Below, piece by piece: positions 26,431 to 34,927 of a stretch of 42,299 nucleotides of DNA; the first letter of the stretch is position 1, and each line of letters starts with the position of its first letter. The notes under the pieces are model-generated. The model had not been told where the DNA came from and made no database searches. It was given only the letters and a program-made list of their open reading frames with translations. Made by a program: the position numbers and the translations under genes. Source of the stretch: Dehalococcoidia bacterium (lineage in GTDB: Bacteria > Chloroflexota > Dehalococcoidia > GIF9 > AB-539-J10); assembly GCA_046483735.1 (NCBI GenBank), contig JAWOCP010000072.1:1-42299 (forward strand), read 5' to 3'.

Positions 26431-27737
26431 TGAATGCAAACCGGAAATCATCGGCAAAAAGAACGACCTCAGGTAAGCCCGCTCGTGAGAAAATCGACCA
26501 TCTGGTGCAGGACGCTGTCTTCGGGGCAGATGATGTCAGGGCAAGCGCACGGCGGCAGATTATCGAGGCGGCGACAAGAGAGGGTATTTTCCCCGCCAGC
26601 ATTCAGGGCTTGTATGACGCACGGGGCAGAAACCTCTATTCTGGCGTCACTGTGCCGGCAATAAACATCCGCGGTATTACCTATGATGTAGCTAGAGCCG
26701 TATTCAGGGCGGCTGTGCAGCACTCTGTTGGGGCTTTCATCTTTGAGATAGCCCGGTCTGAGATAGACTATACCGGGCAAAGGCCCGGCGAATACGCAGC
26801 CTGCGTGCTTGCCGCGGCACTCAGGGAGGGATTCAATGGCCCGGTCTTTCTCCAGGGTGACCACTTTCAGTTCAGACGCAAGCGCTATCAGTCAGACCCG
26901 AAAGGGGAGATGGAAGCGGTCAGGAGCCTTGTAAGAGAGGCGATAGACGCCATGTTTTTCAATATTGATATCGATGCCTCTACGCTTGTCGATATAGAAA
27001 AGCTTGGCCTTGAAGAGCAGCAAGAGGAAAACTGCCTGGTAACAGCCGAGATGACGAGGTTCATACGGACTATAGAGCCGGAGGGGGTAACCATATCGAT
27101 TGGTGGTGAGATTGGCGAAGTAGGTAGAAAGAACAGTACGGTCGAAGAGCTGCAGGCTTTTATGTCCGGCTACCTTTCGCGGCTGGGTACGGGCATACCG
27201 GGAATTTCCAAAATCAGCGTACAGACGGGGACAACTCACGGTGGGGTCGTGCTCCCCGACGGTTCCATTGCGCAGGTGGAGATTGACTTCAATGCGCTAC
27301 AAGAGCTGTCTGCAATGGCACGCGAAAAATACGGCATGGCCGGTGCGGTACAGCATGGCGCTTCCACGCTCCCGGAAGAGGCTTTCGATATGTTCCCCAA
27401 GGTTGACTGTGCTGAAATTCATCTGGCGACCGGCTTTCAGAATATCATCTATGACAGCCCCGATTTCCCCCGGGAACTGAGAGGTGAAATCAACCGGCAT
27501 CTACTCGAACAATATAGCCACGAGAGAAGTGAAAGGGATACCGACGAGCAGTTCATCTACAAAACCCGAAAAAAGGCCTTTGGCGATTTCAAGAAAGAGC
27601 TCTGGAATCTGCCTCAAGATGTTCTGGGGAAGATAGGTGCAGCACTTGAGGAACGTTTTGCCCTGCTCTTCAAGAAGCTGAATGTTGCCGGTACGGCAGA
27701 CCTGGTGAACAAGTATGTGGCTAAGCCAGGAGCATAG
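26430..27737 (+). CDS. fba: Class II fructose-bisphosphate aldolase family (long form)
   Basis: TVPAINIRG, FEIARSE, QGDH, IDIDAS, GGEIGEVG, QTGTTHGG, VQHGASTLP; translationally coupled to pfk. Confidence 0.85.
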   Translation: MNANRKSSAKRTTSGKPAREKIDHLVQDAVFGADDVRASARRQIIEAATREGIFPASIQGLYDARGRNLYSGVTVPAINIRGITYDVARAVFRAAVQHSVGAFIFEIARSEIDYTGQRPGEYAACVLAAALREGFNGPVFLQGDHFQFRRKRYQSDPKGEMEAVRSLVREAIDAMFFNIDIDASTLVDIEKLGLEEQQEENCLVTAEMTRFIRTIEPEGVTISIGGEIGEVGRKNSTVEELQAFMSGYLSRLGTGIPGISKISVQTGTTHGGVVLPDGSIAQVEIDFNALQELSAMAREKYGMAGAVQHGASTLPEEAFDMFPKVDCAEIHLATGFQNIIYDSPDFPRELRGEINRHLLEQYSHERSERDTDEQFIYKTRKKAFGDFKKELWNLPQDVLGKIGAALEERFALLFKKLNVAGTADLVNKYVAKPGA

Positions 27738-27943
27738 GCTGATAGTCAGCGCCGGATTGTATGGTCAAATCATGGATTTATCAGACACGCTACGCCGATA
27801 GTCTTAGGGTAACGGCGACAAGCGCTCTGGGAGAGTTCCAGGAATACCGTGCCAGTTAGGCCTGCTACAGACGCCACATATGGCGTGTTGCTCTTGCCAT
27901 TAATTTCGGTAATGGTCTCCATTATGCTAGGATGTAGGCAGAT

Positions 27944-29323
27944 ATGCAAGAAGGCTTCCTGAGCCAGCTGATTGATATTGTTGGCCAGGATTATGTGTCA
28001 AACCGCCCCGAAGACCTGTATCTCTATTCGCGTGACCCGGGGGCACAGAAGCCGCGCCGGGCCGACTATGTGGTGATGCCCCGAACAGTGGACGAGGTGC
28101 AGCAGATAGTCAGGCTGGCAAACCAGGAGAAGGTCCCCCTCACCCCGATGGGGGCGGGACTGACCCTGTCGGCCCTCACCGTTCCTCTCGAAGGTGGCGT
28201 TGTGCTGGACATGAAGAGGATGGATACCATAATAGAGGTAAATGAAGCCAGTCGTTACGCCGTAATTGAGGCCGGCGTCACCCAGGCGGCCCTCAGGGCC
28301 TACCTTGAGAAGCATTATCCCCACCTCCAGCACTCAACCCCTGAGGCACCCCCCACTGCTACCATAGTCGGCAACATACTGATTCAGGGGCACGGACACC
28401 TGACACCGAGGTACGGCGTTAACTCGCAGATGGTCAACGGCATGGAGGTGGTCTTGCCCACCGGCGAGGTATGCAAGCTGGGCTCAAGCTCGATAAGTCC
28501 CAAATGGTTCAGCCGGGATCCCCTCCCCGACCTTATGGGTCTCTTTCTGGGCTGGCTGGGAACGACCGGTATCGTCACCAAGCTGTCAATGCAGCTCTTC
28601 CCCAAACCCAACTACAGGGGCCTTTTGCTGTTCGTTTCCGATAGCACTGAGCTGATTCCGGAAATTATCGCCGATCTGAGCCAGCTAAACCTCCTGGAGA
28701 ACTGCTTCATTATCACCCAGGAGAAGCCGAGGTGGGCGCAACGCATATATTATATTATTGACATCTCCGGGCAATCGCAGGTGGAGTTTGAGACCAAGAA
28801 GGGAGTGCATAACCAGCTTTTCCAGAAATACCAGGACAGGGTGTGGCCGGTAAACGAAGAGCCGGCGCTGACACCGCTGCGGGAGAGATTTCTCGGCGTG
28901 CCTCCATTTGCCGCCACTGCCGCCGATTTCAGGAAAGGCGGCGGCTTTGAATACACAGGGGCCATACTGCCCATAGAGGTGATACCCCGGGCCTGGCAGA
29001 GCGGAATTGAGATTGCCCACAAGTATGACCTGTTGTACCAGCTGGGAATACAACTACTGCCCAACGGCCACAGCGTTATGCTCGCCTACTCTTACCCTTT
29101 CAACCGGGCTGTCGCGGACGAGGCAGATAGGGCCAGACGCGCCCTCGATGAGACCAACCGCCTGACCCTGGAGTTGGGTGGGGTGGTCTGGAAGCCGGAA
29201 CTACCGGCGCAGAAGCTAATCCTGGAGAGAATGGACGCCGGCACGCGTCAGTTGATAGACAGGATAAAGAAGGTGCTGGACCCGAACGGCATCATGAATC
29301 CGGGAAACTGGGAGGTGAGCTAA
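27944..29323 (+). CDS. FAD-binding oxidoreductase (GlcD/D-lactate dehydrogenase-like)
   Basis: VVMPRTVDEV, PMGAGLTL, IEAGVT, MEVVLPTG, GTTGIVTK, KKVLDPNGIMNPG. Confidence 0.88.
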   Translation: MQEGFLSQLIDIVGQDYVSNRPEDLYLYSRDPGAQKPRRADYVVMPRTVDEVQQIVRLANQEKVPLTPMGAGLTLSALTVPLEGGVVLDMKRMDTIIEVNEASRYAVIEAGVTQAALRAYLEKHYPHLQHSTPEAPPTATIVGNILIQGHGHLTPRYGVNSQMVNGMEVVLPTGEVCKLGSSSISPKWFSRDPLPDLMGLFLGWLGTTGIVTKLSMQLFPKPNYRGLLLFVSDSTELIPEIIADLSQLNLLENCFIITQEKPRWAQRIYYIIDISGQSQVEFETKKGVHNQLFQKYQDRVWPVNEEPALTPLRERFLGVPPFAATAADFRKGGGFEYTGAILPIEVIPRAWQSGIEIAHKYDLLYQLGIQLLPNGHSVMLAYSYPFNRAVADEADRARRALDETNRLTLELGGVVWKPELPAQKLILERMDAGTRQLIDRIKKVLDPNGIMNPGNWEVS

Positions 29324-30496
29324 ATTTCCCTGGAGGATTATAAAGACGTAATCCACAGGTGCTTTGGCTGTGGGTATTGCCAGCTGACTGTAGACTATTC
29401 GGCCTTTAACTGCCCTATCTACAACAGGTTCCGTCTGAAGAGCTACTCGCCGGGTGGCTTGCTCTGGCTAATTCGGGCCTGGGAGGGAAAAGAAATAGAA
29501 TGGTCCGAGTCGCTGGGCAGAATACTCTTCTCCTGCACCACCTGCAATAACTGCGTCCAGAGCTGCAAGTTCTCCTTCAACAAAGATATTGTCAATATGG
29601 TAATAGCGGCCAGAGAGGAGATGGTGAATAACGGCCTGGTTACTCCCATGGTGGCACGCTTCTTCCGTAATATCGAAGCCTATGGCAATCCCTACCGGGA
29701 ACTGAGAGAGAAGCGAGGCCAGTGGGCTGACAGTATGGGAATAGAGCCTTATGAGGGCCAGGAGTTCCTCTTCTACGTTGGCTGTGTTGGGTCGTTTGAT
29801 GAGAAGGCGCAGAAGGCTGCTCAAGCAGTGGGGGGACTGCTTCTTGAGGCTGGTGTTTCATTTGGCATATTAGGCCCTGCCGAAGAGTGCGATGGCAATG
29901 AAATCCGCGTACTGGGCGAGAGACGTGTTTTTGAGACGCTGAGAGACAGGAATACCGCCATTTTCGAGAAGGTTGGTGTCAAGAAGGTTATAACACTGTC
30001 CCCGCATTCCCTTAATGTCTTCCGGAATGAATACCCGGATAGATTTGAAGTATTTCACTATACCCAGGTACTCCGTGACCTTATTAAACGGGGAAGACTG
30101 AAGCCAGGCTCAAAGCTGAACATGAGAGTGACCTACCACGACCCGTGTTTTCTGGGAAGACATGCCGGAGAGTATGAAGCGCCCCGTGAGATACTGAGGG
30201 TCATCCCCGGCATCGAGATCGTGGAGATGGAAAGGAACCGCCAGAATTCTTTCTGCTGCGGCGGGGGCAGCGGCAATTTCTACACCGATTCCTTTGGCGG
30301 CGGCGAAAATAGCCCCTCGAGAATCAGGGTGCGAGAGGCCGATAAGAGTGGGGCTGGCATCTTAGCGGTAGCCTGCCCAACCTGTGCCGTAATGCTTGGC
30401 GAAGCGATCAAGGACGAGGGAATAGAAGAGAGGCTGATTGTCAAAGATATCTCAGAAATTGTAAAACAGACCTGTGCTAAGCGCATGGCTGATTGA
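29324..30496 (+). CDS. Fe-S oxidoreductase with CCG domains (GlcF/HdrD-like), probable AUU start
   Basis: The frame is open upstream of the track start to ATT 29324 and adds HRCFGCGYC...NCP, the first 4Fe-4S motif. Also CTTCNNCVQSC, YHDPCFLGR, CCGGG, ACPTC. GGAGG lies 8 nt before the ATT. Confidence 0.85.
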   Translation: MSLEDYKDVIHRCFGCGYCQLTVDYSAFNCPIYNRFRLKSYSPGGLLWLIRAWEGKEIEWSESLGRILFSCTTCNNCVQSCKFSFNKDIVNMVIAAREEMVNNGLVTPMVARFFRNIEAYGNPYRELREKRGQWADSMGIEPYEGQEFLFYVGCVGSFDEKAQKAAQAVGGLLLEAGVSFGILGPAEECDGNEIRVLGERRVFETLRDRNTAIFEKVGVKKVITLSPHSLNVFRNEYPDRFEVFHYTQVLRDLIKRGRLKPGSKLNMRVTYHDPCFLGRHAGEYEAPREILRVIPGIEIVEMERNRQNSFCCGGGSGNFYTDSFGGGENSPSRIRVREADKSGAGILAVACPTCAVMLGEAIKDEGIEERLIVKDISEIVKQTCAKRMAD

Positions 30497-30615
30497 GCAT
30501 ACCTTCAGCTGCCCGCACCAAGCTCTGGCCCGTCTTACTTGTGTCGGGCCTATTGAAAAGGAACTCGGAAGAATTCATGGCCTACTATTGCCCATTTGGT
30601 CAACCATTACACGGG

Positions 30616-30645
30616 TTGACTTCTGCTTTTGACACAGGGTACAAT
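30616..30645 (+). promoter_or_regulatory. sigma70 promoter for cooC-folD-fhs
   Basis: TTGACT-18 nt-TACAAT. Confidence 0.55.
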
Positions 30646-30658
30646 GTGCGGTCGGGGA

Positions 30659-31453
30659 ATGAAAGTCGCTGTTAGTGGCAAAGGAGGCGTAGGCAAGACA
30701 ATGTTTGTCTCCCTCCTTTCTACTATATTTAGCGAGTCTGGCTATACTGTCCTGGCCATAGATGCCGACCCCAATGCCACCCTGGCAACTGCTCTCGGTT
30801 TTCCCCATCCAGAAAAGATAACCCCGATATCTGAGATGGCAGACCTGATTGAAGAAAGGACAGGCGTACGTCCCGGTCAGGCAGCACCTTACTTCAAGTT
30901 GAATCCCAAGGTGGATGATATACCGGAGAAGTATTGGGTGGAGCATAACGGAATCAGGTTAATGGTGATGGGGCGGTTAAAGAAGGGTGGCAGCGGTTGT
31001 TATTGTCCCGAAAACGCCTTACTGGAAGCTCTGGTTGCTCACTTGCTACTGCAGAGAGATGAAGTAGTCATAATGGACATGGAGGCCGGGGTAGAGCATT
31101 TCGGGCGGGCGACGGCAAAGGCGGTGGACGAGCTGATAGTGGTGGTAGAGCCGGGCAAGGGAAGTGTGGAAACAGCGTTCAGGATAAGAGAGCTGGCCAA
31201 AGACATCGGTTTAGAAAGCATTAAGGTGGTAGCCAACAAGGTTCGAAGTGACAAGGACAGGGAGTTTCTGCTGGCGGCGATGCCGGATTTTGAGTTTCTG
31301 GGCTTTGTTCCCTATGACCAGAGCATAATAGAAGCCGGTCTTGGAAATATTTCCCTCAGCAAGCTAAGTCCCGTGGTCATCAGCCAGGTGAAGGATATTG
31401 CGGCGCGCCTCAGCGCCGGTAAATTAGGAATTATCGGTGAGCCGACAACTTAG
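30659..31453 (+). CDS. cooC: CooC/AcsF-type nickel-insertion ATPase (CODH/ACS maturation)
   Basis: MKVAVSGKGGVGKT, AIDADP, FKLNPKVDDIP, GGSGCYCPEN, DMEAGVEHFGR. Confidence 0.92.
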   Translation: MKVAVSGKGGVGKTMFVSLLSTIFSESGYTVLAIDADPNATLATALGFPHPEKITPISEMADLIEERTGVRPGQAAPYFKLNPKVDDIPEKYWVEHNGIRLMVMGRLKKGGSGCYCPENALLEALVAHLLLQRDEVVIMDMEAGVEHFGRATAKAVDELIVVVEPGKGSVETAFRIRELAKDIGLESIKVVANKVRSDKDREFLLAAMPDFEFLGFVPYDQSIIEAGLGNISLSKLSPVVISQVKDIAARLSAGKLGIIGEPTT

Positions 31454-31477
31454 AAGCTTAAGAAAGGAGGTGTTTAG

Positions 31478-32386
31478 ATGACGGCAAAGATAATCTCTGG
31501 AACCGAGGTAGCGAAGGAGATCCGCGCTGAGTTGACAGAGCGGGCATCCAAGCTCAAGAGTCGGGGAGTAACGCCGGGCCTGGTCATGATTCGCGTGGGA
31601 GAGGACCCTGCATCCGTTTCCTACGTGTCGGGCAAGGAAAAGGCGGCGGAGGAGATAGGCGTGTGGTCGGAAACCATTGTGCTGCTGGAGAGCGCTTCCG
31701 AACAGGAACTGCTCTCCAAAGTGGAGGAAATGAACAAAGCAGAACATGTCGACGGCATACTGGTCCAACTGCCATTGCCAAAGCACATCAACGCGGACAA
31801 AGTGTTGAATCTCATCGACCCGGCTAAAGACGTGGATGGCTTCCACCCCATCAACGTGGGCAAGATGCTCATCGGAGACCCGTATTTCATGCCCTGTACC
31901 CCGCATGGCGCGGTGGAGTTGATGATTCGCAGCGGCAACCCGCCTGAAGGCAAGCATGTGGTCATATGCGGCCGAAGCAACATAGTAGGCAAGCCTCTCA
32001 TGGCCATGCTGGTACAGAAGAACAAGCGTGCCAATGCTACTGTGAGCGTCGTCCACACGGGAACTAAGAACATGGCCGAAATCACAAGACAGGCGGATAT
32101 ACTGGTTGCCGCAATGGGCTCTCCGGAAGTCATCAAAGCGGACATGGTAAAGGAAGGGGTGGTCGTTATCGATGTGGGGGTGAACCGGGTGGGATGGAAA
32201 CCCAGCAAAGCGGACCCCAACAAGCAGGTCCCAGACCTCAGGGGGGATGTAGAGTTCGAGGCGGTCAAAGAGAAGGCCAGCGCTATTACTCCAGTGCCTG
32301 GAGGGGTGGGACCGATGACTATCACCATGCTCATGGTTAACACGGTAGTAGCGGCCGAGCGCAGGGCCGAGCGCAAGGGAAAATAG
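31478..32386 (+). CDS. folD: Methylene-THF dehydrogenase/cyclohydrolase
   Basis: [50 protein letters not shown]. Confidence 0.97.
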   Translation: MTAKIISGTEVAKEIRAELTERASKLKSRGVTPGLVMIRVGEDPASVSYVSGKEKAAEEIGVWSETIVLLESASEQELLSKVEEMNKAEHVDGILVQLPLPKHINADKVLNLIDPAKDVDGFHPINVGKMLIGDPYFMPCTPHGAVELMIRSGNPPEGKHVVICGRSNIVGKPLMAMLVQKNKRANATVSVVHTGTKNMAEITRQADILVAAMGSPEVIKADMVKEGVVVIDVGVNRVGWKPSKADPNKQVPDLRGDVEFEAVKEKASAITPVPGGVGPMTITMLMVNTVVAAERRAERKGK

Positions 32387-32418
32387 TAACAGAACAGCAA
32401 ACTACAGAGGAGGTTATC

Positions 32419-34182
32419 ATGGCTTATGATGCGACAAAACTAAAAGACTGGCAGATTTCGGAAGCAGCCGAAGAAAACATGCCAACCCCCGATGAGTGGC
32501 GGGAAAAATTGAACTTAGCGAAGGATGAGGTTATCCCTTACGGAAGATTGTGCAGGCTCGATTTCCTGAAGATTATCGAGCGCCTCAAGGACAGGCCGGA
32601 CGGCAAGTACATCGAGGTGACTGCCATAACTCCCACGCCACTGGGTGAAGGAAAAACCACGACCAGTATGGGACTCCTGGAAGGTATGGGCAAGCGAGGT
32701 TGGAATGTGGGAGGTGTAATACGTCAGCCCTCCGGTGGTCCGAGTATGAATATCAAGGGTACCGCTGCCGGCGGTGGCAATGCGCTATTGATTCCCATGA
32801 CCGAGTTCTCTTTGGGGCTTACCGGTGACATCAATGACATAATGAACGCTCACAATCTGGCCATGGTGGCGCTCACATCCCGGATGCAGCACGAGCGCAA
32901 CTACAGCGATGAGGAACTGGCCAAGCGCACGAGGATGCGCCGACTGAATGTTGACCCGACAAGGGTGGAAATGGGCTGGATAATAGATTTCTGTGCCCAG
33001 AGCCTCAGGAATATCGTAATAGGCCTTGGCGGCCGCATGGATGGCTACACCATGCAGTCCAGGTTCGGCATTGCTGTCAGCTCCGAGCTTATGGCTATGC
33101 TATCTATTGTCACAGACCTGGCAGACCTGCGCAAGAGGATGGATGAAATTACCGTTGCCTTTGATAGGGACGGTAATCCAGTTACCACTGGCGACCTGGA
33201 AGTTGGTGGGGCAATGACGGCCTGGATGCGCAACACAATCAACCCTACCCTGATGTGCACCGCAGAGTATCAGCCCTGCCTGGTGCACGCTGGCCCCTTT
33301 GCCAACATCGCCGTAGGACAGTCTTCCATCATCGGTGACCGCATTGCGCTCAAGATGTTTGACTATAATGTCACCGAGAGCGGCTTTGCTGCCGACATAG
33401 GATTCGAGAAGTTCTGGAACGTGAAATGCCGGCTCAGCGGTCTCAAGCCGCATGTGTCGGTACTGACCACCACCATCAGGGCGTTGAAGATGCATGGTGG
33501 TGGCCCCAAGGTAGTGGCGGGCCTGCCCCTGCCAGATTCCTATACCAAGGAAGACCTGGGGCTATTGGAGAAAGGTCTCTCCAACATGCTCCACCACATC
33601 AACACCATCAGGACGGCAGGCATCAACCCCGTGGTCTGTATCAACGCCTTCCACACCGATACCAAGGCCGAAATTGACATGGTGCGTAAGGCAGCCGAGG
33701 CAGCCGGGGCGCGTTGTGCCCTCAGCGAGCACTGGCTCAAGGGTGGTGATGGTGCTCTGGAACTTGCCGATACGGTTAAGGAAGCCTGTGAAGAGAAGAA
33801 CGACTTCAAATTCCTTTACCCCAAGGAAATGAAGCTGCGAGAACGGGTTGACAAGATTGCTAAAGTCGTCTATGGAGCAGATGGCGTGTCATGGACTCCC
33901 GATGCCGAGGCCAAGGCCAAGATGCTCGAGGCCGATTCCAAATTTGATGATTACGCTACCATGATGGTGAAGACCCACCTGAGCCTATCGCACGATCCGA
34001 CTCTCAAGGGTGTGCCTAAAGGCTGGACCCTGCCCATTCGTGACGTGTTGATTTATTCCGGGGCGAAGTTCCTCTGTCCCTGTGCCGGGACGATCAGCCT
34101 GATGCCAGGCAGCAGCTCCGACCCCGCCTTCAGGCGGGTAGATGTGGATACGAAGACCGGCAAGGTACAGGGGTTGTTCTAA
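32419..34182 (+). CDS. fhs: Formate--tetrahydrofolate ligase
   Basis: [51 protein letters not shown]. Confidence 0.97.
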   Translation: MAYDATKLKDWQISEAAEENMPTPDEWREKLNLAKDEVIPYGRLCRLDFLKIIERLKDRPDGKYIEVTAITPTPLGEGKTTTSMGLLEGMGKRGWNVGGVIRQPSGGPSMNIKGTAAGGGNALLIPMTEFSLGLTGDINDIMNAHNLAMVALTSRMQHERNYSDEELAKRTRMRRLNVDPTRVEMGWIIDFCAQSLRNIVIGLGGRMDGYTMQSRFGIAVSSELMAMLSIVTDLADLRKRMDEITVAFDRDGNPVTTGDLEVGGAMTAWMRNTINPTLMCTAEYQPCLVHAGPFANIAVGQSSIIGDRIALKMFDYNVTESGFAADIGFEKFWNVKCRLSGLKPHVSVLTTTIRALKMHGGGPKVVAGLPLPDSYTKEDLGLLEKGLSNMLHHINTIRTAGINPVVCINAFHTDTKAEIDMVRKAAEAAGARCALSEHWLKGGDGALELADTVKEACEEKNDFKFLYPKEMKLRERVDKIAKVVYGADGVSWTPDAEAKAKMLEADSKFDDYATMMVKTHLSLSHDPTLKGVPKGWTLPIRDVLIYSGAKFLCPCAGTISLMPGSSSDPAFRRVDVDTKTGKVQGLF

Positions 34183-34255
34183 GGTGCGATAGGCCGGTTC
34201 AGGAAGATACTTTGGCCCTGAGCTTTTCTCTCTCTTCAGGGAGAGAAAAGAGGTG

Positions 34256-34927
34256 ATGGTACTGGCAAAAGCTAAGAGCGTCTCTCTGACGATAGATGGT
34301 AAGAAAGTAAGAGCTGCCCCGGGCGGAAAAGTCCTGTGGGCAGCTCTGGACAATGGCATCTACATCCCCAACCTTTGTGCCATTCGGGAGAAGAGCGAGC
34401 CTTATGCCTCTTGTCGCCTCTGTTTTGTGGAGGTCGAAGGTAAGGATACTCCGGTTACAGCCTGTACCACACCTGTAGCAGAAGGTATGGTGGTTAGTAC
34501 CAGGGGGGCAAAGGCATTGAGGCTGGCCCGCACCGCTTTGGAATTGCTCCTGGCCAGCCATCCTGTGGATTGCACCCACTGTCTAAGAAGTGGTTCCTGC
34601 GAACTTCAGAAGCTGGCCAAGCACCTCGGCGTGAAGCTCAAGACGAAACGGTTCAGCAAGATATTGCCCGACCTGCCCATAGATGAAAGCAGTCCTTTGT
34701 TCATCTACGACCCCAATAAGTGTGTACTCTGTGGCAGGTGCGTTTGGGTATGCCGGGAAAAACTGGGCAAGGGGATGATTGGTTTCGCCTACCGCGGCTT
34801 CCGGAGGATGGTCACCACTTTTGGGGACGAGCCAATGGGGAGAGCCGGTTGTGAGGACTGCAGCGAGTGTGTTGTCGTCTGCCCTGTTGGTGCCCTGGTA
34901 CTGCGCGAGGTTACAGCAAGCTCTTGA
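34256..34927 (+). CDS. 2Fe-2S/4Fe-4S protein (NuoG/HoxU/FdhA N-terminal-like)
   Basis: YIPNLC, CRLCFVE, TACT, HPVDCTHC..SGSCELQ, KCVLCGRCVWVC, CEDCSECVVVCPVGAL. Confidence 0.88.
   Translation: MVLAKAKSVSLTIDGKKVRAAPGGKVLWAALDNGIYIPNLCAIREKSEPYASCRLCFVEVEGKDTPVTACTTPVAEGMVVSTRGAKALRLARTALELLLASHPVDCTHCLRSGSCELQKLAKHLGVKLKTKRFSKILPDLPIDESSPLFIYDPNKCVLCGRCVWVCREKLGKGMIGFAYRGFRRMVTTFGDEPMGRAGCEDCSECVVVCPVGALVLREVTASS

Noticed and set aside
31621-32400. Long antisense ORFs (for example 31621..32400, 16956..18155, 1569..2270, 879..1457)
   Set aside because: They are shadows of well-supported genes on the opposite strand, with no motifs or RBS.
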